From contig CAVVGY010000009.1 in the NCBI GenBank assembly GCA_963747935.1, forward strand, positions 72,752-136,751: DNA of 64,000 bases, given 5' to 3'. The stretch is from an uncultured Thermoleophilia bacterium. Its GTDB lineage: Bacteria; Actinomycetota; Thermoleophilia; UBA2241. This document shows, piece by piece, positions 56,138 to 63,713 of this stretch. Positions within the stretch are counted from its first letter, which is position 1, and each line of letters starts with the position of its first letter. The notes beneath the pieces were generated by a model that was not told the DNA's origin, searched no databases, and saw only the letters and a program-made list of their open reading frames with translations. The translations under genes and the position numbers were made by a program.

Positions 56138-57241
56138 TCAGCGCCCCGTCCCCCGCTCGAGAGCGGGCAGGTTGTTCGCCAGAGCGCGCACGTAGGCGTT
56201 GCCGAAGCGCGCGCCGTTCGGGTTCAAGACCTCTCGGCCGCTCGCATTGATCTTCGTCTGCCGGCCGGGCTCCACGGAAGTGCCCTCGCCCCACTCGTTC
56301 CACGTCTCGACGAGGTTCCAGGGGGTGCCGGCGGCCCTCATCCGGCGCACGGCCGTCTTGAATGACCTGAGGTTGCGCCGCAGCCTGACCCTCTCCCCCG
56401 CCGCGTCCTTCCAGAAGCCCGGGCTCACGAACGTCGAGTGGCGGGCGAAGCTGCCGTAGCGGCTCGACGGGGCGTACTGGTGCCAGGAGTCGGGCTGGTT
56501 CGGGTCGGAGGCGTACCCCTGGTACACCTTGAGCACGTAGTAGAACGCGCCGCCCGTCTGCGCGACAGCTTCCCTCCATCTCCGGCTGGTCCCCGCATCG
56601 TCTGACCCGTTGCCGTACACGAAGACGACCGGCTTGCCGCCCACCTTGAGGAAGTAGGGGCTGGAGGCGTAGGCGCTCTTGATGTACTCCAGGTCGGCCA
56701 CGAGCTGGCTGACCGACGGGTCACCGAAGCCCTCCTGCTCGTAGTACAGAGCGAAGCGAAGGTTGGGATAGGGGTTGTCGGCGCGCTTCATGAAGTCGTC
56801 GAGGTAGGTCTTGAGCGCGCCGTCCTGCTTGGTGCCGCGGCCGAACCAGGAGGCGATGGCCACCTCCTGCCTCGCCTCCGCCATCTTGGCGACTTCCCAC
56901 TTGAAGGTGCCGTAGTCGAGACTGCTGTAGAGCTCCGCCTTGGGATCGAAGCCGGGATGGAGATCCGGCAGGTAGTGGCTGAACCAGCGGTACGGCGGTC
57001 TGTTCCCCCCGTCCTGCCAGTAGCTGTAGGAGCCGTCGCAGGCGGCGTTCTTGTACCAGGGGTAGAAGAATGACGCGTAGTACGGCGCCGAGGGCTGGAA
57101 GGCGGCCGCGGCGCGTGACGGCGCGGCGGCCGCCGGGCCTTGAGCGCTGGCCGGCGACGTGGCCAGCGCTGCCGGCGCAATGATCGAGACGACTGCTGCT
57201 GCGACTGCGACTGCGGTGAGGGTGAGTCTGAAGCGACGCAC
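56138..57241 (-). CDS. secreted GH99-like (endo-alpha-mannosidase family-like) protein
   Basis: GTG 57241 lies 5 nt after GGGAGGAG. Signal peptide, then YYASFFYPWYKNAACDGSYSYW...ELYSSLDYGTFKWEVAKMAEARQEVAIASWFGRG...VETWNEWGEGTSVEP. Confidence 0.6.
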   Translation of the reverse strand: MRRFRLTLTAVAVAAAVVSIIAPAALATSPASAQGPAAAAPSRAAAAFQPSAPYYASFFYPWYKNAACDGSYSYWQDGGNRPPYRWFSHYLPDLHPGFDPKAELYSSLDYGTFKWEVAKMAEARQEVAIASWFGRGTKQDGALKTYLDDFMKRADNPYPNLRFALYYEQEGFGDPSVSQLVADLEYIKSAYASSPYFLKVGGKPVVFVYGNGSDDAGTSRRWREAVAQTGGAFYYVLKVYQGYASDPNQPDSWHQYAPSSRYGSFARHSTFVSPGFWKDAAGERVRLRRNLRSFKTAVRRMRAAGTPWNLVETWNEWGEGTSVEPGRQTKINASGREVLNPNGARFGNAYVRALANNLPALERGTGR

Positions 57242-57400
57242 TCGTGCTCCTCCCGGGGTCGGCCTCCAGCTCGTGGCCAGAGGCGTATGCGCGGAACTGG
57301 TAACGGATTCGGGCGGGTCAGCCACGGATTCGGCGCGTGGTCGCCCTCACCCTTGGTATCGACGTCGTCGACGCCGGCTTGAGGCTGGCTCGCGCCGCGC

Positions 57401-57619
57401 TCAGCGGCCCGTGCCCTGCTCGAACGCGGGCAGGTTGCCGGCCAGAGCGCGCACTTGGGCGTCGCCGAAGGGAGCGCCGTTGGGGTCGGCCACCTCCCTG
57501 CCGGCTGCGTCGATCAGCGTCTGCGCGCCGGGTTCGACGGACGAGCCCTCGCCCCACTCGTTCCTGAGAAGGACTGCGACTGCGGTGAGGGCGGGTCTGA
57601 TGGAGCGGTGCACGCACAC
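57401..57619 (-). pseudogene. remnant of a tandem GH99-like paralogue: signal-peptide codons fused in frame to the last ~50 codons
   Basis: The 72-aa ORF ...RPALTAVAVLLRNEWGEGSSVEPGAQTLIDAAGREVADPNGAPFGDAQVRALAGNLPAFEQGTGR* matches both ends of 56138..57241 (RLTLTAVAVAA... and ...NEWGEGTSVEPGRQTKINASGREVLNPNGARFGNAYVRALANNLPALERGTGR*). The same GGGAGG Shine-Dalgarno context is retained. Confidence 0.6.
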
Positions 57620-57780
57620 ACCTCCCGGGCCGGCCTCTGCATCCTGAGCAGGGGCTTTCCAAGAACGCGGCGCACGCTATACAACTCGTTGACCGACTGC
57701 CAACCGCTGATTATTGGGATGGATACTCGTACTCAGAAGGGCCGAGCGGACCGAGCGCTCAGACGGACGCCTGGGTACGC

Positions 57781-58309
57781 TCAGTAGGTGATCAGGCTGA
57801 AGACGTCGTAGCCCTCGAGCTTCTTGCGGCCCTCGAGGCCGGAGAGCTCGATGATGAAGGCGACGCCGACGACGTTGCCGCCGAGCTTCTCGACCAGCTC
57901 GATCTTGGCCCTGGCGGTGCCGCCGGTTGCGAGCAGGTCGTCGTGCACCAGCACGTTCTGGCCCGGCTTGATGGCGTCGGCGTGCACCTCGAGCTTGTCG
58001 GTGCCGTACTCGAGGTCGTACTCGGCGGCGATCACCGTCGTGCGGCAGCTTGCCGGGCTTGCGCGCGCAGACGAAGCCGGCGCCGAGGCCGTAGGCGACG
58101 GCGGCGCCGAGGATGAACCCGCGCGCCTCCGCGCCCATGACGACGTCCACGTGCTTGCCGACGCCGTATTCGACGAGACGGTCGACGGCCTCGTGGAGCG
58201 CCTTGGGCTCCTGCAGCAGCGGCATGATGTCGCGGAAGAGGATGCCCTCCTTGGGGAAGTCCGGGATGTCTCGGACGTGGGCGGCGAGGTCGAAGCCGGC
58301 GTCTGTCAT
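57781..58309 (-). pseudogene. apt: adenine phosphoribosyltransferase, frame broken once near 58040
   Basis: [32 protein letters not shown]...[31 protein letters not shown] in ORF 57677..58309. It continues as (TT)[41 protein letters not shown] in ORF 57781..58035. Confidence 0.85.
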
Positions 58310-58365
58310 GGGGGTCTCCTTCAGTGCGAACGCGGCGGTGCCGCTGGTGGTGACGAAGTGGGGCC

Positions 58366-59094
58366 TCAGCGCGTCTCGCCGCCGGTGAGCCGGCGGACGC
58401 CGCGGGCGAGCAGGAGCTGGCGCAGTTGTGTGGCGGCCTGGACGATGTCGTCGAGCTGGTCCAGGCCCTCGCGGCGCCGTTCGGGCCGGTTGGACCGCAG
58501 CGCCGGCAGCAGCACCTGCTCGATCAGGCCGATCTCACGGTCGACGGCGCTCTTGAGCACGCGCAGGTTCTTGGGGCGCAGGCCCAGCTGCGCGAGCTGC
58601 GCGGCCGCCGCCACGATGCCGGCGTCGGTCTCGGTGTACCGCTTGACGCCGCTCACCTGGCGGCCGTGGATGAGCTCGTAATCCTCGAGCTCGTCCATGA
58701 GGCCCACGTCCGCGCCGGTGAGCTGCATGACCTCCTCGCCGGTGTACTCGCGCCCCTCTCCCCCTGCGACCAGGTCGGTCTTGCGCAGGCCTTGCCGCGC
58801 AGACGGGAGAGTGCTCGCGGGGCTCCGCTCGAGCTCACGGCGGATGACCTTGAGCGGCAGGTACTCGTCGCGCTGCATGCTGAGCACGCGCACAAGACGG
58901 TTGAAGTCGTCCTGCGAGTAGAGACGGTAGCCCGACTTCGTGCGTCGCGGCGTGACCAGACCCTGCTCCTCGAGGTACCGGAGCTTGCTCACGCTGATGT
59001 CGGGGAACTCGCCGCGCAGCCGGTCGACCACCGTCCCGATGGTCAGCAGGCGCTCGTCCCCGACGTCGAACAGGAGTTCAGCGGTCTCGGACAC
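58366..59094 (-). CDS. MerR-family transcriptional regulator (two-domain, actinobacterial FtsR/Rv1828-like architecture)
   Basis: LLTIGTVVDRLRGEFPDISVSKLRYLEEQGLVTPRRTKSGYRLYSQDDFNRLVRVLSMQRDEYLPLKVIRREL. It sits directly downstream of an FHA gene, like the garA-Rv1828 pairing. Confidence 0.8.
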   Translation of the reverse strand: MSETAELLFDVGDERLLTIGTVVDRLRGEFPDISVSKLRYLEEQGLVTPRRTKSGYRLYSQDDFNRLVRVLSMQRDEYLPLKVIRRELERSPASTLPSARQGLRKTDLVAGGEGREYTGEEVMQLTGADVGLMDELEDYELIHGRQVSGVKRYTETDAGIVAAAAQLAQLGLRPKNLRVLKSAVDREIGLIEQVLLPALRSNRPERRREGLDQLDDIVQAATQLRQLLLARGVRRLTGGETR

Positions 59095-59112
59095 GTGACC
59101 CCCCAGGCCCCG

Positions 59113-59574
59113 TCAGCTCCCCGCCGGAGCGAGGAAGGTGAGCTTGTACTTGCCGATCTGGATCTCGTCGCCGTCGCTGAGCACCGTGCGGTCGCCGCGC
59201 CGGCGGTTGATGAAGGTGCCGTTGAGACTGCCCTCGTCGACGATGACCCAGACGTCGCCCTCGCGCACGACCACGGCGTGGTTGCGCGAGACGGTCACAT
59301 CGTCGAGGAAGATCTTCGCGTCCGGGTGGCGGCCGATGGAGATGCGCTCGTCGCGGAGGACGTAGGTCTCCCCCGCGCGGCCCCCGCCGGTCCTGATGAC
59401 GAGGCACGCGTCATCCGCGCAGGCGGCGAACGCCGGCACGTCCGCATCTTCCTCTCCCGGGACGTAGCTGAGCGTGGTGGCCGACTCGGGCTGGTCCGCC
59501 AGGAGGCTCGCCCCGCAGCGGACGCAGAAGCTGGCCCCCTCTGAGTTGCGGATGCCGCACTCGGGGCAGAACAC
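59113..59574 (-). CDS. FHA-domain protein with N-terminal zinc ribbon (GarA/OdhI-like)
   Basis: MFCPECGIRNSEGASFCVRCG (zinc ribbon), then ..ISIGRHPDAKIFLDDVTVSRNHAVV...DEGSLNGTFINRRR...LSDGDEIQIGKYKLTF (FHA). Confidence 0.85.
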   Translation of the reverse strand: MFCPECGIRNSEGASFCVRCGASLLADQPESATTLSYVPGEEDADVPAFAACADDACLVIRTGGGRAGETYVLRDERISIGRHPDAKIFLDDVTVSRNHAVVVREGDVWVIVDEGSLNGTFINRRRGDRTVLSDGDEIQIGKYKLTFLAPAGS

Positions 59575-59595
59575 GCTATTTCGCCGCCTCGGGCA

Positions 59596-59885
59596 TCAGT
59601 CCGCGTCCTCGTCGTCGCGGGCTTGACTTCGCCCTCCGGCTCCATCTCCGGGACGTTGCCGGCGAGGATCTGCGACAGGCCGGCCACGTCGTCCGCGGAG
59701 ACGATGGCCTCACCCTCAGAGTGCTTGCGCTGCAGGCGCATCACCAGTTCGGCGCGCAGGATGTCGAGTTCGCCGTGCAGGATACGCCGACGACGCGAGA
59801 TCTCACGTTCTTCGGCGTCGAGCTGGGCGATGAGCGCGCGCAGATCGTCGTCCGAGCGGGACACGAGGTCGACGATGTCATCCAT
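59596..59885 (-). CDS. small coiled-coil protein with an RsiG-like E-x3-S-x2-R-x3-(Q/H)-x3-D motif; 3' end uncertain
   Basis: MDDIVDLVSRSDDDLRALIAQLDAEEREISRRRRILHGELDILRAELVMRLQRK... As sequenced, the ORF runs on to 59295 through the FHA gene in another frame. A 1-nt shift near 59620 would give a natural acidic end (..ARDDEDAD*, TGA at 59596-59598). Confidence 0.45.
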
Positions 59886-59942
59886 GCCGCGACTCCTCTC
59901 CTTGCCTGGAGGGTTGGGCAGTCGATGCTACCCCCTGCGGCC

Positions 59943-60543
59943 TCAACGTTCAAGCTCAGGTTGAGGTGGGCGGCCGGCGTGGGGTTCTGCCCCTCCGGCC
60001 GCGTCGGGCACCTCGACGCGCACGACCTCGAGTTCCGCCAGATGAGTGAGCGCCTGCAGCACGTCGTACTCGTCGGCGTCCCCGCCCACCAGGATGCCGT
60101 CCACGAGATCGCCCACGGCGCGCGCGCCCGGGCCGAGGTACCCCAGCACACGGATCTCGAGCGGGTCGTCGGTGCCGCCGCCCAGGTAACGCACGACCGC
60201 CGGCGCCGGCAGGTGCCGGCGCATGCGGAACACCTCGTCGAGGCGGCGCATGCCCTCGATCAGGAGCCACTCCGTGGGCAGGTTGACCTCGTCCTCGTCG
60301 AGCTCTGCCGCCGGGTCGAAGTCGAACGAGCCGGTCCTGACCCCCAAGAGCGCATAGAACGCCTTTTCACCGGCGAGCTCGCCGGCCCGGGCGCCGACAA
60401 GGCGGCCGCCGCGGAACATCAGGACGCCGGCCACCGCGTCCTCCTCGTCGAGGATGACGAGCCGGCCGGTCTTGCCGCCGACCGACGTCATCTGCACGAG
60501 GTCGGAGCAGCGGGAGCTCGCCGAGGTCGCCGATCAAGCCCAT
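59943..60543 (-). pseudogene. DUF4388 (PATAN-like) domain protein, frame broken once near 60505
   Basis: ATG 60543 (GGAGG upstream) gives MGLIGDLGELPLL. The sequence then continues in ORF 59943..60497 as (D)LVQMTSVGGKTGRLVILDEEDAVAGVLMFRGGRLVGARAGELAGEKAFYALLGVRTGSFDFD, the typical DUF4388 N-terminal pattern. Confidence 0.65.
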
Positions 60544-60706
60544 GTGAGGGCCTCCGGCGAGAGTGTGATCGTCATCTGCACGCTTCGCTTTCCATCCGGT
60601 TGACTGCTTCGCAGCGCACGGCCGCCTTCCTCTCTCATGCTTTCCCGTCTGAGGACGATACAGAGTCCAGTGTCGGCTGGACGGACAACGCCAGACCGCG
60701 CTGCTA

Positions 60707-60712
60707 TATACT
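60707..60712 (+). promoter_or_regulatory. candidate -10 hexamer TATACT for the mglB-mglA pair
   Basis: TATACT lies 34 nt upstream of the likely mglB GTG (60746), in the 200-bp divergent spacer. Confidence 0.25.
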
Positions 60713-60745
60713 CGCTCCACCGCGGGCGTGGACAGGAGGGCGTGC

Positions 60746-61231
60746 GTGGCTCGTCGCAAGGGACTCGTGATCAACGATCGTCAGCTCGACCGCTGCGACG
60801 ACCTCCTGCAGAAGCTCAAGGAGGTCTCGGGGTCGAGCTTCCTCGCGCTCATCAGCACCTCGGGGCAGCCCATCACCACCGCCTCGGACGAGTACCACCC
60901 CGAGACACTCTCGCTCGCGTCGCTCGCCGCCAGCTCGTTCGCGGCCACGCAGCAGCTGGCCAGGATCCTCGACGAGAACGAGTTCACGCTGCTGTTCCAC
61001 GAGGGCAAGGGGCTCAACCTGCACGTCTCGCAGGTCACCGAGCAGGTGCTGCTCATCGTCACGTTCGGGCGCGAGACACAGGTCGGCAAGGTACGCCTGT
61101 ACACGCAGCGCGCCATCGAGGTGCTGCGCCAGATCTTCGACGGGCCGGAGGACGAAGCTTCTCCGGCCATGGACACCGACTTCGAGGCCGCCGCCGGCCT
61201 CGCCATGGACGACCTCTTCAAGGACATGTGA
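60746..61231 (+). CDS. mglB: Roadblock/LC7 domain protein (MglB-like GTPase-activating partner)
   Basis: GTG 60746 follows AGGAGGG. It is colinear with M. xanthus MglB as I recall it (..SLASLAASSFAATQQLARILDENEFTLLFHEGKGLNLHVSQV..VRLYTQRAIEVL.. and an acidic ..DDLFKDM tail). It lies immediately upstream of mglA. Confidence 0.75.
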   Translation: MARRKGLVINDRQLDRCDDLLQKLKEVSGSSFLALISTSGQPITTASDEYHPETLSLASLAASSFAATQQLARILDENEFTLLFHEGKGLNLHVSQVTEQVLLIVTFGRETQVGKVRLYTQRAIEVLRQIFDGPEDEASPAMDTDFEAAAGLAMDDLFKDM

Positions 61232-61240
61232 GACAGCCTT

Positions 61241-61819
61241 ATGCCCCTGATCAACTTCGCCGCCCGAGAGATCAACTACAAGATCGTCTACTACGGGTGC
61301 GGCCTGTGCGGCAAGACGACCAACCTCCAGTACATCCACCGCAAGATCAATCCCGAGGCGCGCGGCAAGCTCGTGAGCATCGCCACTGAGGAGGAGCGCA
61401 CGCTCTACTTCGACTTCCTCCCGCTCACGCTCGGCACGGTCAAGGGCATGCAGACCCGGTTCCACCTGTACACGGTGCCGGGCCAGAGCTACTACAACGC
61501 CAGCCGCAAGCTCGTGCTGCAGGGCGTGGACGGGGTCATCTTCGTGGCCGACTCGCAGATCACGCGCCTCGACGAGAACGTCGAGAGCTACCTCAACCTC
61601 TGGGACAACCTGCTCGGCCAGGGCGACGACCTCAGCAAGCTCGGGTTCGTCATCCAGATGAACAAGCGCGACCTCACCGACATCTTCTCGGTAGAGGACC
61701 TCAACGAGCTCCTCAACCACACCGGCTCGCCGGTCAGCGAGAGCAGCGCCGTCACCGGTCAGGGCGTGTTCGAGACGCTCAAGGTGGTCTGCAAGCAGGT
61801 CATCGCCAAGACGGGCTGA
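61241..61819 (+). CDS. mglA: MglA-type Ras-like small GTPase
   Basis: MPLINFAAREINYKIVYYGCGLCGKTTNLQYIHRK...RTLYFDFLPLTLG...TRFHLYTVPGQSYYNASRKLVLQGVDGVIFVADSQ...NKRDL. It is near-colinear with Myxococcus MglA motifs. Confidence 0.85.
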   Translation: MPLINFAAREINYKIVYYGCGLCGKTTNLQYIHRKINPEARGKLVSIATEEERTLYFDFLPLTLGTVKGMQTRFHLYTVPGQSYYNASRKLVLQGVDGVIFVADSQITRLDENVESYLNLWDNLLGQGDDLSKLGFVIQMNKRDLTDIFSVEDLNELLNHTGSPVSESSAVTGQGVFETLKVVCKQVIAKTG

Positions 61820-61870
61820 GGCGGGAGGCCCCAGCGGCGCAGGAGCTCTGCCCCGCCGGCCCGAAGCGCA

Positions 61871-63679
61871 TCACTGCCCGACGCGCTTGATCCAATCCAT
61901 CGGCGCGTAGTGCGACACGTACGTGTCGCGGAACAGCACCTTGCCCTCCGAGTCCTTCACCGTGCGCTCCACGCGCACGCTCTGCCCGTCGATGCCGCGC
62001 TCCCAGCGGATCACGCCGGGACCGAGGTCGCTGTCGTACACCACACGGGGATCGGACTCGCCGTGCGCCGGCTTGCGGACGTCGTAGAACGAGCTCGTCT
62101 TGTAAGCCACCTCGCGACCGGTCTTGCCCACCAGGGCCACGGTGAGCGCCCCGCCGTCGATCCAGCTGCGGATCATGACGCTCTTGCCGGTGTCGTTGCG
62201 GAACTTGAAGTCGAGCGCGCCCCACGCGACCGTGGCGTCGCGGCCCGTGGGGTAGTGCGAGATGTACAGCGAGTGCGCGTGCCGCTCCACCACCGGCAGT
62301 CCGGCGAAGAACACGGCGTTGAAGAGCGTGGTGGCGTACTGGCAGACACCGCCGCCGACGCCCTGGCGCAGCACGTTGTCGGCGGCGATCACCGGCGCGT
62401 AGTCGAACCCGCGGTTGGCCGTGCGCGGTCCCATGGCCTCGTTGAGCGAGAACGTCTGCCCCGGCTCGACCACGGTGCCGTCGACCAGCTTGGCGGCGAG
62501 CGCGATGTTGTTGGCGCGCGTGGCGTTGCGCGGGTCGAAGTAGGTGACGAACTGCGAGCCGAGGGCGGCGAGGCCCATGCTCTCCACGTCCTGCGTGCTC
62601 AGCTTGGGGAACTCCGGGGTGAGCGCCACGAAGATGGTCCGCAGCCCTCCGCCGGTGGCCGCGTCGTCCAGCTCGTCCATGAGCACCGGCATGTCCAGGA
62701 CCAGGCCTGACCTGCTCTCGGTGACGCGCACGGTGCCGTCGTCGTTGACCTCGACGCCCGCATCCACCGGCGGCGTCTCGGCGAACGCGAACAGCCGGTG
62801 GAGCTCCGCCGCGGCACGGTCGTTGTGGAACGTGAGCGGGTACTGGTCGGCGTCGCCGCCCTTGTTGACCGCCAGCATGCCGGCCATCTGCTCGGGCGAG
62901 AGCACGACCTCCCTGGACCGGTAGCGGAGCGTGATGGGCACGGCGAGGTACTCCGCGGCAGCGCTGGCGCGCGCCTCCGCGTCGACCGTGGTGATCTCGG
63001 GCTTGACGTCCTTGAACGGCACCGAGCCGGCGTAGGGACGCCCGGCGGCAAGGCTCGCCAGGATCGCGCGCTCCAGCGCGACGGCGTCGACCTCACGCCC
63101 GGCGCGCGCCGGGACCACGCCGAGCCGCTCACCGGTGAGTCTGAGGCGCGCGTCCTGCGCGGGAACGTCGACGTCCTCGCGCAGCGCCTCGAGTCCCGAG
63201 CGGTACGCCGCCGGATCGACCCGGACCACCGGTGCGACCTCGGTCGAGCCTTTGGGGAGCCACACGTCGACGAACGGCAGCTCATGGCGTCCGGTCTGGT
63301 AGGCCTTGCGCGCGGTCGCCGCCCCGTCGAGGCGCAGCCCGAGCTGGGCGAGCGTGTACGAGCGCGGCTCTTCGCCCTTGCCGGTGCTCAGCTGGACGGT
63401 GCCGATCCGCGCGCCCACGCGCGAGGCCACCGCTGCGGCGGCGGCCTGCTCGTCGAGGCCCTGCAGGCTCACGCCGGCGACGCTGACGCCGTCGCCCACC
63501 TTGTGCCACGCGACCGCCTGGAGCGCGACGAACCCGCCCGCCAGCAGCACGACGATCAGTAGCGCGGTCACGAGCCAGACGTGTCTGCGGTACCACGCGC
63601 CGAAGCGGCGCAGCGGTCCCCTGCGAGAGGCAGCGACGGGCTCCCCGGCCCCGGGGGATACGGCATCCATGACGTTCAT
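61871..63679 (-). CDS. VanW family protein (N-terminal TM anchor)
   Basis: 602 aa with an N-terminal helix (WLVTALLIVVLLAGGF) and the VanW core GGGVCQYATTLFNAVFFAGLPVVERHAHSLYISHYPTGRDATVAWGALDFKFRNDTG. Confidence 0.8.
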   Translation of the reverse strand: MNVMDAVSPGAGEPVAASRRGPLRRFGAWYRRHVWLVTALLIVVLLAGGFVALQAVAWHKVGDGVSVAGVSLQGLDEQAAAAAVASRVGARIGTVQLSTGKGEEPRSYTLAQLGLRLDGAATARKAYQTGRHELPFVDVWLPKGSTEVAPVVRVDPAAYRSGLEALREDVDVPAQDARLRLTGERLGVVPARAGREVDAVALERAILASLAAGRPYAGSVPFKDVKPEITTVDAEARASAAAEYLAVPITLRYRSREVVLSPEQMAGMLAVNKGGDADQYPLTFHNDRAAAELHRLFAFAETPPVDAGVEVNDDGTVRVTESRSGLVLDMPVLMDELDDAATGGGLRTIFVALTPEFPKLSTQDVESMGLAALGSQFVTYFDPRNATRANNIALAAKLVDGTVVEPGQTFSLNEAMGPRTANRGFDYAPVIAADNVLRQGVGGGVCQYATTLFNAVFFAGLPVVERHAHSLYISHYPTGRDATVAWGALDFKFRNDTGKSVMIRSWIDGGALTVALVGKTGREVAYKTSSFYDVRKPAHGESDPRVVYDSDLGPGVIRWERGIDGQSVRVERTVKDSEGKVLFRDTYVSHYAPMDWIKRVGQ

Positions 63680-63713
63680 GATACGGCAGCGTTCGCCGCC
63701 CGCACCCCGCGTC

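Noticed and set aside
43295-57662. Accessory locus as a mobile or horizontally acquired island
   Set aside because: There is no integrase, transposase, tRNA, flanking direct repeats or phage genes. Codon style looks the same as in the core genes. The inverted paralogues are protein-level similar genes, not IS-like terminal repeats.
3205-60510. Frame breaks as programmed ribosomal frameshifts
   Set aside because: They occur in many unrelated genes that are not known to use recoding, and they lack slippery heptamer plus stimulatory-structure contexts. They go in both directions, and several sit in homopolymers. Error or decay is far more likely.
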